Assembly (NCBI GenBank): GCA_028339975.1
Contig: JAOLDG010000001.1
Span: forward strand, 72,740-136,739
Direction of reading: 5' to 3'
Source of the DNA: Hyphomicrobiales bacterium
GTDB taxonomy: Bacteria > Pseudomonadota > Alphaproteobacteria > MED-G09
DNA: 64,000 bases
Within the stretch, counting starts at the first letter, position 1. The number at the start of each line of letters is the position of its first letter. A model generated the notes under the pieces. The model was not told where the DNA came from and did no database searches. It saw nothing but the letters and a program-made list of their open reading frames with translations. A program made the translations under genes and the position numbers. Below, in pieces: positions 52,907-64,000 of the stretch.

Positions 52907-54637
52907 TTGTCAAATTTAATTGATTCAGTTCCAGAAGGTTCCTTAGAAGAATTTTCAAAACTTCTTGAAGCAAGCTTTATAGAAAATGCATGTGAAGAAG
53001 GTCAAGTTATTCAAGGTACAGTTGTTGGGGTAGAATCTGATACAATAATTGTTGATGTAGGTATGAAAACAGAAGGAAGAATTCCTTCTGAGGAATTTTG
53101 TTCTTCAGGGAAAGACCATGATTTAGTAATCGGTGATACGGTCGATGTTTATCTAGAAAGAATTGAGAATGCTTTAGGCGATGCAGTATTATCTAGAGAA
53201 AAAGCTAGGCGTGAAGAAATATGGATAAACCTCTTAGTTTCTCAAAAAGAAAATAAGATAGTTGAAGGTGTTATTAATGGTAAAGTTAAAGGTGGCTTTA
53301 CCGTAGACTTAGATGGTGCCCAAGCCTTTCTTCCAGGAAGTCAGGTTGACGTCCGTCCAATAAGAGACATGAGGCCCTTAATGTATACGACTCAAACTTT
53401 TCATATTTTAAAGATGGATCGTCGAAGGGGAAATATAGTCGTATCAAGAAAATCTGTGCTTTCAGAATCTTTATCTATTAATAAATCAGATTTAATGGAA
53501 AAACTAAAAGAAGGCGAAATTGTTGAAGGTATTGTTAAGAATATTACTGACTACGGTGCTTTCGTAGACCTTGGTGGGATAGATGGATTATTGCATGTAA
53601 CTGATATTTCTTGGAAAAGGATTAGTAGTCCAGAAGAGATTATTAGTATTGGTGAAACAATAAAAGTCCTCATTACTAAAGTATCAGCAGAGAATATGCG
53701 TATATCATTAGGAATGAAACAGCTCCAAAATGACCCTTGGGTTGAGGCTCAGGCAAAGTATACTGTTGGAGAGCGTTATAAAGGAAGAGTAACTAATATA
53801 GCAGACTATGGCGCATTTGTTGAACTTGAGGGTGGTATTGAAGGGCTTGTACATGTTTCCGAGATGAGCTGGGTTTCTAAAATACAAAATCCTAATAAAT
53901 ATGTTACTCAAAATCAAGAAGTTGAAGTACAGGTTCTAGAAATTGATATTGAGAAAAAGCGTTTGTCTTTAGGTCTTAAGCAGACTCTGGACAATCCTTG
54001 GGAAAGTTTTGCACAAAACAATCCAATTGGAACAAAACTAAAAGGTAAGATTCAAAATATTACTGATTTCGGATTATTTGTTCAAGTCAGTGATGAGCTG
54101 GACGGTTTAGTTCATATGTCCGATGTTGATTGGAGAAAAAGTGGTCCTGAGGCAATAAAGGATTTTGAAGTGGGACAAGAAATTGATGCAATCATAATTG
54201 ATATTGAGCCTATTAAAGAAAGAATATCATTAGGCATTAAGCAGCTTGATGGCGACCCAATGGATTCCATTGATAACATCAAGAAAGGAACAGTAGTTAC
54301 TTGTACTGTTGTACAGACACAAGCTGGCGGCATAGATGTTGAGATTGGTGATAAAATTCCTGCCTTTATTAGAAGGTCTGATCTTTCAAAAGATAAATCT
54401 GAACAAAATCCAGAGCGATTTGAGGTTGGAAGAAAAGTAGATGCTAAGGTTACAAGCTATGATGCTAAATCAAGAAAAATTTCATTATCAATAAAAGCCT
54501 TAGAGATTTCTGATGAAAAGCAAGCAATTCAGCAATATGGATCAAAAGATTCTGGAGCTTCTCTAGGTGATATTCTGGGAGAGGCATTAGATAAGAGTTC
54601 TTCTTCAGAAGATGAGGATGCCAAGAATAATGATTAA
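52907..54637 (+). CDS. rpsA: 30S ribosomal protein S1
   Basis: Six S1 repeats (G.V...TDFGAFV...G..GL.H.S). TTG start with SD aagggag. Confidence 0.95.
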   Translation: MSNLIDSVPEGSLEEFSKLLEASFIENACEEGQVIQGTVVGVESDTIIVDVGMKTEGRIPSEEFCSSGKDHDLVIGDTVDVYLERIENALGDAVLSREKARREEIWINLLVSQKENKIVEGVINGKVKGGFTVDLDGAQAFLPGSQVDVRPIRDMRPLMYTTQTFHILKMDRRRGNIVVSRKSVLSESLSINKSDLMEKLKEGEIVEGIVKNITDYGAFVDLGGIDGLLHVTDISWKRISSPEEIISIGETIKVLITKVSAENMRISLGMKQLQNDPWVEAQAKYTVGERYKGRVTNIADYGAFVELEGGIEGLVHVSEMSWVSKIQNPNKYVTQNQEVEVQVLEIDIEKKRLSLGLKQTLDNPWESFAQNNPIGTKLKGKIQNITDFGLFVQVSDELDGLVHMSDVDWRKSGPEAIKDFEVGQEIDAIIIDIEPIKERISLGIKQLDGDPMDSIDNIKKGTVVTCTVVQTQAGGIDVEIGDKIPAFIRRSDLSKDKSEQNPERFEVGRKVDAKVTSYDAKSRKISLSIKALEISDEKQAIQQYGSKDSGASLGDILGEALDKSSSSEDEDAKNND

Positions 54638-54914
54638 ATCCTCTTTAATTAAAAAACTTTTAAAAAATAACCCTCATCTAGTTCAGAAAGATGTGGAAAG
54701 CATTGTTAATATTGTTCTTGATAATATTTCTAATGCCCTATCAGAAAAAGGTAGAGCTGAAATAAGAGGTTTTGGAACTTTTTCTGTAAGACATAGAAAT
54801 GCTAGAAATGGAAGAAATCCTAGAACGGGTGATAATGTAGTTGTTCCTGCAAAAAATGTTCCAATGTTTAAGCCTGGAAAAAGCATAAGGGATAGACTTA
54901 ATTATAAATCCTAG
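54630..54914 (+). CDS. ihfB: integration host factor subunit beta
   Basis: [47 protein letters not shown], the DNA-binding arm of IHF-beta. Start chosen at [10 protein letters not shown]. Follows rpsA as in E. coli. Confidence 0.8.
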   Translation: MIKSSLIKKLLKNNPHLVQKDVESIVNIVLDNISNALSEKGRAEIRGFGTFSVRHRNARNGRNPRTGDNVVVPAKNVPMFKPGKSIRDRLNYKS

Positions 54915-54958
54915 TTCATTCATATGGTTGAAATTTTCAATCAACTATGGAGTAAAAA

Positions 54959-55663
54959 ATGAATAAGGCTTTTTCAAATCCGATTATACTTGCTGTTGAC
55001 ACTTCATCCATAGAAGAAGCAGAAAAACTAGTATTGAATTTGAGAGATTATATTGGTGGAATTAAGATTGGGATGGAGTTTTTTAACTCTTATGGCCCCG
55101 CTGGTATACGTAGTATTGAAAAATTTGGTGTTCCAATATTTTTGGACTTAAAATTACATGATATTCCGGCCACCGTTTACAAGACTGTAAGTACACTTTT
55201 AAAACTTAATCCTGCAATTATTAATGTCCATGCATCTGGCGGGAAAGAAATGATGCTTGAGGCATCTAGGGCGCTCAAGGATAGCAATAATAAAGATACT
55301 AAACTTATTGCCGTTACGATTCTTACAAGCCTAGATAATGACGACCTTAAGGATATCGGGTTTTCAGACACTAGTGATGCCTTAGTTCTTCAACTAGCTC
55401 AATTAGCAAAAGATTCTGGTCTTGATGGAATAGTTTGCTCAGCAAAAGAAATATCCTTGATTAGAGAAAAGATAGGTAATAATTTTTTATTAGTAGTGCC
55501 AGGAATAAGACCTGAAAGAAATAATCATAATGATCAAAAAAGGACTATGACTCCAAAGGAAGCCTTGTTAGAGGGTGCAGATTTATTAGTCATTGGACGA
55601 CCAATAACTCAATCAGAAGATCAAATTGCTTCTGCAAAAAAGATTCTTGATCAAATAGAATGA
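54959..55663 (+). CDS. pyrF: orotidine 5'-phosphate decarboxylase
   Basis: ILAVDT..., DLKLHDIP, ...LVIGRPIT motifs. Confidence 0.9.
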   Translation: MNKAFSNPIILAVDTSSIEEAEKLVLNLRDYIGGIKIGMEFFNSYGPAGIRSIEKFGVPIFLDLKLHDIPATVYKTVSTLLKLNPAIINVHASGGKEMMLEASRALKDSNNKDTKLIAVTILTSLDNDDLKDIGFSDTSDALVLQLAQLAKDSGLDGIVCSAKEISLIREKIGNNFLLVVPGIRPERNNHNDQKRTMTPKEALLEGADLLVIGRPITQSEDQIASAKKILDQIE

Positions 55664-56313
55664 CTTATAAAATAAAAATATGTGGATTATCTTCTTTAGC
55701 GCAAATAGATATGGCTGTTAGGTCAGGTGCCGATATGGCAGGCTTTATATTTGCAGATCCTAGCCCAAGAAAAATTGAACCTTCTGAGGCGAAAGAGTTA
55801 TCATTTTCTGATGCTGCAAAAGATATTGATAGAGTTGCTGTATTTGTTAATCCAATTAATGATTTTTTAGAAGAAGCTATTGACTCTATTGATGCAAATT
55901 TTGTCCAACTCCATGGGGATGAAACAGTAACCAGATGCTTAGATATTAAAGCCCTAACAGGCTTACCGATTATAAAATCAATGGGCATATCAAATATAAT
56001 GGATATTAAGAATGCACAACAATATAATAGTTGTGTAGATTATCTTTTATTTGATGCTAAGCCAGATACTAATAATGGTGGTCAAAGAGGAGGATTAAAT
56101 AAAGTGTTTGATTGGTCTATATTAAATGATTGGGATGGACCAGATTATTTTCTTTCAGGTGGTTTAAATATTAATAATGTAAGAAAGGCGGTTCAAATGA
56201 CGAAAGCTAAAGTTATTGATGTTTCTTCTGGTGTAGAAACTGAGCCGGGAATAAAGAATAATAAGATGATAAAAGATTTTGTGGAAACCACAAGATCAGC
56301 ATATGGAAAGTAA
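55660..56313 (+). CDS. trpF: N-(5'-phosphoribosyl)anthranilate isomerase
   Basis: KICGL... TIM-barrel. ATGA overlap with pyrF. Followed by trpB-trpA. Confidence 0.85.
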   Translation: MTYKIKICGLSSLAQIDMAVRSGADMAGFIFADPSPRKIEPSEAKELSFSDAAKDIDRVAVFVNPINDFLEEAIDSIDANFVQLHGDETVTRCLDIKALTGLPIIKSMGISNIMDIKNAQQYNSCVDYLLFDAKPDTNNGGQRGGLNKVFDWSILNDWDGPDYFLSGGLNINNVRKAVQMTKAKVIDVSSGVETEPGIKNNKMIKDFVETTRSAYGK

Positions 56314-56314
56314 A

Positions 56315-57520
56315 ATGAATAAAAATACGTATAAAGAAGGTCCGGATTCTTCAGGAAATTTTGGTAATTTTGGAGGCCGCTATGTTGCGGAGACACTTAT
56401 GCCATTAATTCTTGACTTAGAAGAAGCTTATGAAAAAGCAAAAATTGATCCAATTTTTATCGAGGAACGTAATAATTTTGCAAGAGACTATATTGGAAGA
56501 GAGAGTCCTTTATATTTTGCCGAAAGGCTAACTGAATATGCTGGTGGAGCAAAAATTTACTTTAAGCGCGATGAGTTAAATCATACCGGAAGTCACAAAA
56601 TAAATAATTGTTTAGGTCAAATACTTTTGGCAAAAAGAATGGGCAAGACTAGAATTATTGCCGAAACTGGAGCAGGGCAACATGGGGTGGCTGTTGCAAC
56701 CGTTTGTGCAAGATTTGGATTACCTTGCGTTATTTATATGGGTGCAACTGACATAGAGCGGCAAAAGCCAAATGTCTTTAAAATTAAGCTACTGGGCGGG
56801 GAAGTCGTTCCTGTAACGTCAGGTAGTGGCACTTTGAAAGATGCTATGAATGAAGCACTTCGAGATTGGGTTTCTAACGTCGAAGATACTTTTTACCTCA
56901 TAGGTACTGCAGCAGGACCTCACCCCTACCCATCTATGGTAAGAGACTTTCAGTCTGTTATAGGTGAAGAAACAAAAAAACAGATGAATGAGAAAGAAGG
57001 TAAAAATCCCGATATTTTAGTTGCTTGCATTGGAGGTGGTTCTAATGCTTTAGGGTTGTTCTATCCTTTTTTGGATGACGATGTTGAGATGTATGGAGTT
57101 GAGGCAGCTGGAAAAGGTCTCGATACTAATGAACATGCGGCTTCTTTGGCAAAAGGTTCTCCAGGTGTTTTACACGGTAATAAAACATACTTGCTGCAGA
57201 ATAGTGATGGGCAAATTACAGAAGGGCACTCAATTTCAGCTGGATTAGATTATCCTGGTATTGGACCTGAACATTCATGGCTGAAGGATGAGAATAGAGT
57301 TAAATATGAATCAGCAACTGATGTAGAGGCATTAGAGGCATTTCAAATATGTTCAAAGTATGAAGGAATAATTCCTGCTTTAGAGCCATCACATGCACTG
57401 TCCTTTGTCTTGAAGTTAGCAAAAAAGTTACCAAAAGAAACGATTATTGTTATGAATATGTGCGGTCGAGGTGATAAAGATGTTTTTGCAGTTGCTGAAA
57501 TTTTAGGAATTGAAATTTGA
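56315..57520 (+). CDS. trpB: tryptophan synthase beta chain
   Basis: [19 protein letters not shown]-Lys [15 protein letters not shown]. Start set at the ATG right after the trpF stop. The track's upstream ATG at 56279 overlaps trpF. Confidence 0.95.
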   Translation: MNKNTYKEGPDSSGNFGNFGGRYVAETLMPLILDLEEAYEKAKIDPIFIEERNNFARDYIGRESPLYFAERLTEYAGGAKIYFKRDELNHTGSHKINNCLGQILLAKRMGKTRIIAETGAGQHGVAVATVCARFGLPCVIYMGATDIERQKPNVFKIKLLGGEVVPVTSGSGTLKDAMNEALRDWVSNVEDTFYLIGTAAGPHPYPSMVRDFQSVIGEETKKQMNEKEGKNPDILVACIGGGSNALGLFYPFLDDDVEMYGVEAAGKGLDTNEHAASLAKGSPGVLHGNKTYLLQNSDGQITEGHSISAGLDYPGIGPEHSWLKDENRVKYESATDVEALEAFQICSKYEGIIPALEPSHALSFVLKLAKKLPKETIIVMNMCGRGDKDVFAVAEILGIEI

Positions 57521-58335
57521 TGTCATCGCGTATTAAAAAAACTTTTAAAGAACTAAATCTTAAAGGAAAATCTGCTTTTATTCCATATATTACTGCTGGT
57601 GATCCAGATATTGATCTTTCTCAAAAGATATTAGATTCACTTCCTAAGGGTGGTGCCGATATTATAGAAATTGGTATGCCATTTTCTGATCCAATGGCTG
57701 ATGGACCGGCTATTCAGAAATCATCATTGAGAGCTTTGGATAACGGTCAAGATATGAATAAAACTCTCTCTATGGTTGAAAAATTTCGCACCCACGATGA
57801 TAGTACTCCAATAGTTTTGATGGGGTATTATAATCCTATACTTCAATTTGGTATTAAAAAGTTTTTATCTAAATGCAGTTCCATAGGAATCGATGGTTTG
57901 ATTGTTGTAGATCTTCCTATTGAGCACGATCAAGAGTTATCAAAGCCAGCAAAGCAAGCCGGAATAGATTTTATTAATTTTATTACACCTACAACAAGCT
58001 CAGAGCGATTAAAGAATATTATAGAGGTTAGTTCTGGTTTCCTTTATTATGTTTCAATAGCAGGAATAACTGGGACAAAAGCTCCTGATATTTCTGAGTT
58101 AGAAGTAATGGTTAATAAAATTAAAGGATATACAGATATTCCCATTGCTGTTGGATTTGGAATTAAAGACTCCAATCAAGTCAAAAATATTTCAAAATTT
58201 TCAGATGCCGTTGTGGTTGGTTCAGCTATAGTTAATAAGATTAACGACCTAAAGAAAAAAAATCTAACGGACGATGACTTGGTAGACTATATTATAAATT
58301 TTTTATTAGATTTATCTGATGGTTTAAACATTTAG
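57517..58335 (+). CDS. trpA: tryptophan synthase alpha chain
   Basis: [30 protein letters not shown].. motifs. ATGA overlap with trpB. Confidence 0.9.
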   Translation: MMSSRIKKTFKELNLKGKSAFIPYITAGDPDIDLSQKILDSLPKGGADIIEIGMPFSDPMADGPAIQKSSLRALDNGQDMNKTLSMVEKFRTHDDSTPIVLMGYYNPILQFGIKKFLSKCSSIGIDGLIVVDLPIEHDQELSKPAKQAGIDFINFITPTTSSERLKNIIEVSSGFLYYVSIAGITGTKAPDISELEVMVNKIKGYTDIPIAVGFGIKDSNQVKNISKFSDAVVVGSAIVNKINDLKKKNLTDDDLVDYIINFLLDLSDGLNI

Positions 58336-58344
58336 GAGTTTTAT

Positions 58345-59211
58345 TTGAGTTGGTTAAAAAATATTGTTCCACCTGGATTAAAAAATATCTTCAAGAAAAG
58401 GGATATACCAGATAACCTTTGGTTGAAATGTACTTCTTGTGACTCAATGATTTTTCACAAAGATGCCGAGGAAAGTTTTTTTGTTTGTCCAGAGTGTGAT
58501 TTCCATTTAAAGGTTTCTGCAGAGATAAGATTTGAGCAGTTATTTGATAAAGGATCAATCAAGTATATTGACTGTCCAGATGTTCCAAAGGATCCCTTAA
58601 AATTTAAAGATCAAAAAAGATATATCGATCGATTAAAGGAAACACGTTCTAAGACAAAGAAGAAGGATTCAATAATTATAGGATCAGGTCTTATAAATAT
58701 GAAACAAGTAGTCATGGCCGTCCATGACTTTTCTTTTATGGGCGGATCGCTTGGAATGGCAGCCGGTGAGAGTATAATATTGGCAATTGAAGAAGCCCTA
58801 AGTCTAAAATGTCCTTTTATTTTATGTGCATCATCTGGCGGTGCAAGAATGCAGGAAGGCATTTTATCATTAATGCAAATGCCACGAACAACCGCAATGC
58901 TTCAATCTCTTCGCGAGGAAAAGTTACCTTATATAGTTTTGCTAACAAATCCGACTACTGGAGGTGTTACCGCGTCATATGCCATGTTAGGTGATATACA
59001 TATTGCAGAGCCCAAGGCTTTAATTGGTTTTGCTGGACCAAGGGTTATAGAAAATACTATTAATGAAAATCTACCTGAGGGTTTTCAAAAGTCTGAGTAC
59101 CTTTTAGATCATGGGATGATAGATATGGTTGTTCACAGAAAAGATCTTAAGGATATGCTATCCAATATAATTAGCATATTGTTTAATAAAGAAGAAAAAT
59201 TTCAATCCTGA
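58345..59211 (+). CDS. accD: acetyl-CoA carboxylase carboxyltransferase beta subunit
   Basis: N-terminal C4 zinc ribbon CTSCDSMIFH...CPECDFH, CT domain. TTG start with SD aggag. Confidence 0.9.
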   Translation: MSWLKNIVPPGLKNIFKKRDIPDNLWLKCTSCDSMIFHKDAEESFFVCPECDFHLKVSAEIRFEQLFDKGSIKYIDCPDVPKDPLKFKDQKRYIDRLKETRSKTKKKDSIIIGSGLINMKQVVMAVHDFSFMGGSLGMAAGESIILAIEEALSLKCPFILCASSGGARMQEGILSLMQMPRTTAMLQSLREEKLPYIVLLTNPTTGGVTASYAMLGDIHIAEPKALIGFAGPRVIENTINENLPEGFQKSEYLLDHGMIDMVVHRKDLKDMLSNIISILFNKEEKFQS

Positions 59212-60497
59212 TGCCTAATGATTCAAGTAAAGATAAATTTTTTTACGATCAATTTCTAAAAAATCCAGATAAAAGCTTATTAAGGATATATGATATTCTT
59301 TTAAAGCTAGGGAGTCCTCAGAAGAGTCTTACCAATGTTATTCATATAGCAGGAACAAATGGTAAGGGGTCAACACTTGCATTCCTTCAGTCATGTTTAA
59401 TTAAAAGCGGCTATTCTGTGAATGCCTTTATATCTCCTCATTTAAAGTTACTAAATGAAAGAATTGTTATTAATAATAACACTGTCAATGACGAGACTCT
59501 AGAGGCAATTATAAAAGAGTGCATGAAAACCCTTGATAATGAAAAAATATCATTCTTTGAATTTATTACCGCATGCGCTTATAAATTATTTGCAAAAAAC
59601 TTAAGCGATTGGCATTTAATTGAGGTTGGTATGGGCGGTAGCCATGATGCCACGAATACGCTTCCTGACAAGGAGCTCTCTATCATTACACCTATCTCCC
59701 TTGACCATGAGAATTTTTTGGGGAATACGCTTAAGAAAATCGCAAAGGAAAAGCTAGGAATTATTAATCAAGGGTCGCAAGTAATCTTTGGACCTCAGGA
59801 TAATTGTTTAAAAGACATCATATTAGAACATCTCTCCTTAACAAATTCTAAAGGCTTTTTTTATAAGGATGACTGGGATATCAAAAAAATTAATAACTTA
59901 ATAGTTTATGAGGATAGTGATAGTAGGCTTGAAATTAATTCAATTGGTCTAAATGGAGATCACCAAATAAAAAATGCAGGCCTGTCCATTGCTAGCCTAA
60001 AGTGTCTCGAGCGAGACGGTAAGATTAATATAAGTGATGAGCAAATGAAGCAGGGTCTAAAGGAAGTTTATTGGCCAGGTAGATTTTCGATGTTGTCTGG
60101 AAAACTCACTAATATAGTTAATAATAGTTGTGATATTTGGGTTGATGGATGCCATAATCCAGCAGGGTCAAAGGTGATTGCAAGAGAAATCTTAAGTATG
60201 AACAAAACTGATGGGAAAGAAGTGGTTATAGTGTTAGGTCTCTTAAAAAAAAAGAATATAGAAAATTTCATTCAAAATTTTTTAGATGTTTCAAAAGAAA
60301 TAATAGTTGTTCCAATCAAAGATAGACAGTCCATTGATGAGAGTGAAGTTAAAATTATTACTAAAAAGATGAACTATAGCACTTCAAGCAAAGGTTCGAT
60401 TACGCAAGCATTGAGCTCTCTTAAAGGAAGAGAAAATTTGAGAATATTAATATGCGGCTCACTTTATTTAGCTGCAGAGGCCATTTCTTTAGATTAA
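59211..60497 (+). CDS. folC: bifunctional folylpolyglutamate synthase / dihydrofolate synthase
   Basis: Mur-ligase P-loop IHIAGTNGKGST. 1-nt overlap with accD. accD-folC linkage as in E. coli. Confidence 0.85.
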   Translation: MPNDSSKDKFFYDQFLKNPDKSLLRIYDILLKLGSPQKSLTNVIHIAGTNGKGSTLAFLQSCLIKSGYSVNAFISPHLKLLNERIVINNNTVNDETLEAIIKECMKTLDNEKISFFEFITACAYKLFAKNLSDWHLIEVGMGGSHDATNTLPDKELSIITPISLDHENFLGNTLKKIAKEKLGIINQGSQVIFGPQDNCLKDIILEHLSLTNSKGFFYKDDWDIKKINNLIVYEDSDSRLEINSIGLNGDHQIKNAGLSIASLKCLERDGKINISDEQMKQGLKEVYWPGRFSMLSGKLTNIVNNSCDIWVDGCHNPAGSKVIAREILSMNKTDGKEVVIVLGLLKKKNIENFIQNFLDVSKEIIVVPIKDRQSIDESEVKIITKKMNYSTSSKGSITQALSSLKGRENLRILICGSLYLAAEAISLD

Positions 60498-60838
60498 CTA
60501 TTTTCCTCTATCCAATCCTTAATTTCATTTCTAGGAAGGGCGCCTACTTTTGTATCCTTTAATTCACCATTTGAAAATAACATAAGGGTCGGTATACTCC
60601 TAACACCGTAATTTGTTGGAGTCCTTGGATTCTCATCAATATTTACCTTTGCGATAGTTATATTAATTTGATCATCAGAAGCCAATTCTTCAAGTATAGG
60701 ACCAACTTGCTTGCATGGCCCACACCACTCAGCCCAAAAATCAACCAAACAAAGGCCTTTATTATCTAAGATAGTTTTTTGAAATTCTTCATCAGTTACA
60801 TTAATTAAACTCATATTATCTCCAAGAATCAGTTTCAA
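60494..60838 (-). CDS. trxA: thioredoxin
   Basis: VDFWAEWCGPCK active site, 114 aa. Confidence 0.9.
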   Translation of the reverse strand: MKLILGDNMSLINVTDEEFQKTILDNKGLCLVDFWAEWCGPCKQVGPILEELASDDQINITIAKVNIDENPRTPTNYGVRSIPTLMLFSNGELKDTKVGALPRNEIKDWIEENS

Positions 60839-60883
60839 TTAAGCTAGGAAAGAGAGGGCAATGATGCAAGTGTTATCTCAAAA

Positions 60884-62221
60884 TTATAATTCTTGCTTTA
60901 AGCTTAACAAATATTCTCTATAGCCCTCAAAAATTTCAAGACTACCGTTATTTTCTAGAGAAGAAATTGCCTCTATCGCCTTCGAAACAGTAACCCAGGG
61001 TACCTTATGATCATTATTCATCCAACGAGATTTTATAAATTCTATTATAATTTTATATGGTTGGTCGTCTAAAGTTTCAGGCGCATTATCAAATATAATT
61101 CTTTGAGCAACTCTTTTTGACTTTTGATCTTTAAACTTAACTTGTATTTTTTCATCCCAGCTAACTGATTTATGAAAAGAATCCCAGGCTGCTTTATCTT
61201 GGCTTGATGGAAAACCAAAATAATCTTCTTCGAGATATTTAATTTCTTTTTTTGGCCAAATCTTTGGCCCAGGTAAATATTGATTAATATAGTTTTTAAT
61301 TTCCTGAATCTCTGAATCCTTTGGTAAGTTATATTCTAATGTTATATCAAACCATTCAGGGTTAAAGATGACTCCGGGTGTCTTTAAGTAGGAAGCATGA
61401 AGCCAATCAGGAAGCTTCTTCCCATTGTTTTTACCGTGGTTTATAATTTTTTCTTTGTCTTTATCGGAAAATCCACCAGATTTTTCATACTTAATTATAT
61501 CAATAGAAAAGTAGTTATCTCTATCTCTTTCATAAATTGGAAGCATCGGACTTATCTGCTGTGACGGATAATAATAACGAGCCCAAATCGAATAATTACT
61601 AAATAAATCTTGCCTAGCAAATTTACTAAACATTCTACTCCTATACTCCCATAATTCTGGTACTTCCTTCTTAATTTTATTAAGTAATCTTGACGTTGCC
61701 CTAACATCACCGTCTGCTTGGTGCCAAATTATAGAATCATCTTTTGAAAAATTTTCATTAAAAACATCTGATAACTTATGACTAAATTTACCGTCTTCTT
61801 TTTTTGGTATTGATAATGATTCTGGAAAAAGTTTTGCTGCTAATGAGATAAAAGGAAGAGCATCACAAACTACTTTGTCTTTATATAAATAAGGGAAGTG
61901 GCCACAGGCAAAAAGTGCTTCAGTAAGAACTCCAGTATCATATTGAGAATTATAAGCCCATAAAATGTCATAATCTAATAATATTTCTAATATTTCTGGA
62001 AGCTTTTCATAAAGTGAGGGCCCTTCTTTTAGTTTTTTCCAATTCATATTTGTTGCAGCTAAAGCATAAGGACTTGGGAGTTCATAATAAGGGATTCGAA
62101 AATTTTTTATCTCTAGTCTTTCCTCATTATCATTATCTATTATTGCTATTTGATGGGGATAGCGAAATCCATTGTTAATTCCGTTTGTTTCCCAATCAAA
62201 AATACCATCAGTTTCAATCAT
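60884..62221 (-). CDS. sbcB: exodeoxyribonuclease I (SbcB/ExoI)-like DEDDh 3'-5' exonuclease with extra C-terminal domains
   Basis: Exo I FDWETNG...YPHQIAIIDND, Exo II AYNSQYDTGV, Exo III HQADGDVRATSRLL...ELWEY parallel E. coli ExoI blocks (HDYETFG...RPAQFAAIRTD / GYNNVRFDDEV / HDAMADVYATIAM...RLFDY). 445 aa vs 475 aa for ExoI. The C-terminal roughly 250 aa has no recognisable motif. Confidence 0.6.
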   Translation of the reverse strand: MIETDGIFDWETNGINNGFRYPHQIAIIDNDNEERLEIKNFRIPYYELPSPYALAATNMNWKKLKEGPSLYEKLPEILEILLDYDILWAYNSQYDTGVLTEALFACGHFPYLYKDKVVCDALPFISLAAKLFPESLSIPKKEDGKFSHKLSDVFNENFSKDDSIIWHQADGDVRATSRLLNKIKKEVPELWEYRSRMFSKFARQDLFSNYSIWARYYYPSQQISPMLPIYERDRDNYFSIDIIKYEKSGGFSDKDKEKIINHGKNNGKKLPDWLHASYLKTPGVIFNPEWFDITLEYNLPKDSEIQEIKNYINQYLPGPKIWPKKEIKYLEEDYFGFPSSQDKAAWDSFHKSVSWDEKIQVKFKDQKSKRVAQRIIFDNAPETLDDQPYKIIIEFIKSRWMNNDHKVPWVTVSKAIEAISSLENNGSLEIFEGYREYLLSLKQEL

Positions 62222-62697
62222 TTTATAACCTGCTGTTCTAATTCCCTTATTCTATCTTCCCATCCCCGAATATTTTCAATACTAGCAGTTCTAGAATTAT
62301 TCAAAATTTTTATTTTTATTTCTAAAATATTATAGTTTAATTTATTTTTTATTTTATCAGGCCATTCTATTAATACGGCTCCATTATATAGAATATCTTC
62401 TATTCCAAGAGCATCTATTTCATTTGAATTTTCTATTCTGTATAAATCTGCATGGCCCATATTGAAATCCTTGCATGAATATACCTGCACTAAAGTAAAA
62501 GTTGGTGAGGGTATTTCAATATCTTTATATTGACTTACTAGAAGATTTTTTATGATTGAGCGAGCTAGTGTTGTTTTTCCAGAACCCATTTCACCTGATA
62601 AATATATGATATCCCCTATCTCTATTAAATTGGATATGTTTATACCAAACTGATTTGTTGCCCTTTGTGATGGTAGATCTAAAATAATTTCTGACAT
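62218..62697 (-). CDS. tsaE: tRNA t6A37 biosynthesis ATPase TsaE (YjeE)
   Basis: P-loop GEMGSGKTT, about 160 aa. ATGA-type overlap with the downstream gene. Confidence 0.8.
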   Translation of the reverse strand: MSEIILDLPSQRATNQFGINISNLIEIGDIIYLSGEMGSGKTTLARSIIKNLLVSQYKDIEIPSPTFTLVQVYSCKDFNMGHADLYRIENSNEIDALGIEDILYNGAVLIEWPDKIKNKLNYNILEIKIKILNNSRTASIENIRGWEDRIRELEQQVIK

Positions 62698-62770
62698 TTT
62701 TTATAATAACATTTATAAATAAAATATATTAAAATAATATTTCAATTATAACCTTTTTAAAGATTTTAAA

Positions 62771-63997
62771 ATGAATGAAAAAAATATAGTAATTATTGGA
62801 GGAGGCCAGGCATCCTCCCAGGTAGCAACTTCTCTTAGGCAGAAAAACTGTAAAGGCGATATCACTATCGTGTCATCTGAGGCATATCTTCCCTATCAAA
62901 GACCGCCTCTATCAAAAAAATACCTTTCTGGTGAATTAGAATCTGAAAGACTCTACCTAAAGCCAGAAAAATTTTATCAAGATCAAAATATTAAACTAAT
63001 GCTTAACTCTTATGTCGAAGAAATCGATAGAAAAAACTCTAAGCTTATTTTCTCGAAGCTTGAAGATGGTGAGGGTACAATTGATTATGATAAATTAGTT
63101 ATTGCAACTGGGACGTCACCCAGACTTATTCCACTCAACAATCCTAACTTGAAAGGTGTTCATTATCTAAGATCAATTGATGATGTGGAAGGAATTAAAA
63201 AATCATTAATTAATGCGAAGAATATGGTAATTATCGGCGGTGGGTATATAGGCCTGGAAGTAGCAGCTGTTGCAAAGAAGTTAGGCTTAAATGTTACTGT
63301 TATTGAAATGGCAAGCCGAATACTTGAAAGAGTAACTAGTCCTGTTATTTCATCATTTTATCATTCCTATCATGAGTTACAGGGCGTGAATATACTGACT
63401 AGCACTTCTGTTGATGGGATTAATGGTAAGGAGAAGGTCTCTTCAGTTGAAACCTCTATAGGCTCTATTGATGCTGATATTGTTGTTGTTGGGATTGGAG
63501 TTTTACCTTGTCAGGAGCTAGCTGAAAAGAGTGGCGTCCAGACAAATAATGGAATTGTAGTAAATGAATTTTGTGTTTCATCGGATAAAAATATACTTTC
63601 TGCTGGTGATTGTACGCTTCATCCTAGTCCATTTTATAAAAAAGACATAAGATTAGAATCTGTTCACAATGCTATTGAACAAGGAAAAACAGTCGCCTCT
63701 TCAATAATGGGGGAATTTATTTCCTACAACCAAATACCATGGTTTTGGTCTGATCAGTATGATCTAAAGTTTCAAATTGCAGGTCTCAATAGCGGCTACG
63801 ATGAATACATCATCCGAGGCAAACCTGAGGATAGCTCTTTTTCTGTTTTTTATTTTAAAGATGGGTTGATGATATCCTCTGATTGCATTAACTCAGCTCC
63901 AGAGCATATGATGTCTCGAAGATTTATCTTTAATAAAACAGAAATCGACCTTGAAAAGCTTCAAGATAAAAACATTTCAATGAAAGAAGTTATTTAG
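62771..63997 (+). CDS. FAD-dependent pyridine nucleotide-disulfide oxidoreductase, ferredoxin/rubredoxin-reductase-like
   Basis: N-terminal FAD Rossmann IVIIGGGQASSQ, ...YQRPPLSK..., second NAD Rossmann MVIIGGGYIGLE, C-terminal reductase domain. Confidence 0.7.
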   Translation: MNEKNIVIIGGGQASSQVATSLRQKNCKGDITIVSSEAYLPYQRPPLSKKYLSGELESERLYLKPEKFYQDQNIKLMLNSYVEEIDRKNSKLIFSKLEDGEGTIDYDKLVIATGTSPRLIPLNNPNLKGVHYLRSIDDVEGIKKSLINAKNMVIIGGGYIGLEVAAVAKKLGLNVTVIEMASRILERVTSPVISSFYHSYHELQGVNILTSTSVDGINGKEKVSSVETSIGSIDADIVVVGIGVLPCQELAEKSGVQTNNGIVVNEFCVSSDKNILSAGDCTLHPSPFYKKDIRLESVHNAIEQGKTVASSIMGEFISYNQIPWFWSDQYDLKFQIAGLNSGYDEYIIRGKPEDSSFSVFYFKDGLMISSDCINSAPEHMMSRRFIFNKTEIDLEKLQDKNISMKEVI

Positions 63998-64000
63998 TTT

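Overview
This 64-kb window is a very AT-rich (about 30% GC by eye), gene-dense core-chromosome segment. I call about 66 protein-coding genes, one tRNA, and essentially no non-coding DNA longer than about 270 bp. Gene content and order are characteristic of Alphaproteobacteria. Examples are irr divergent from fabA-fabB-fabI, tsaB-rimI-fur-miaB-phoH-ybeY-corC-lnt-metK-trmB, rimP-nusA-infB-rbfA-truB-rpsO-pnp, rpsT-dnaA-dnaN-recF-gyrB, aroA-cmk-rpsA-ihfB-pyrF, trpFBA-accD-folC, an FYDLN_acid protein, and a coxMNOP-like oxidase locus. The compaction (many 1-30 nt gene overlaps, frequent TTG/GTG starts) together with the AT-richness suggests a streamlined SAR11/Pelagibacterales-like organism. That lineage assignment is inference only. 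I found no rRNA, CRISPR array, transposase or integrase, prophage, or recognisable defence or toxin island. The window is dominated by housekeeping genes (translation, replication initiation, fatty acid, ubiquinone, tryptophan, cofactors). The items I judge most worth a second look are: (1) an aa3-type cytochrome oxidase biogenesis locus with two subunit-III paralogues, a CoxIV-like subunit carrying a His/Asp-rich tail, and a secreted ankyrin-repeat protein wedged between SCO1 and heme O synthase; (2) a perfect 9-bp inverted repeat in the fabA/irr divergent promoter region, and an 8-bp one immediately upstream of coxB; (3) several proteins with degenerate zinc sites (Fur, a MoeB-like E1, the FYDLN_acid protein); (4) an ExoI (SbcB)-like 445-aa exonuclease; (5) tiny hydrophobic ORFs flanking tRNA-Ala. 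I do not see convincing evidence of a novel multi-gene system. The candidates above are modest and are stated with their limits.
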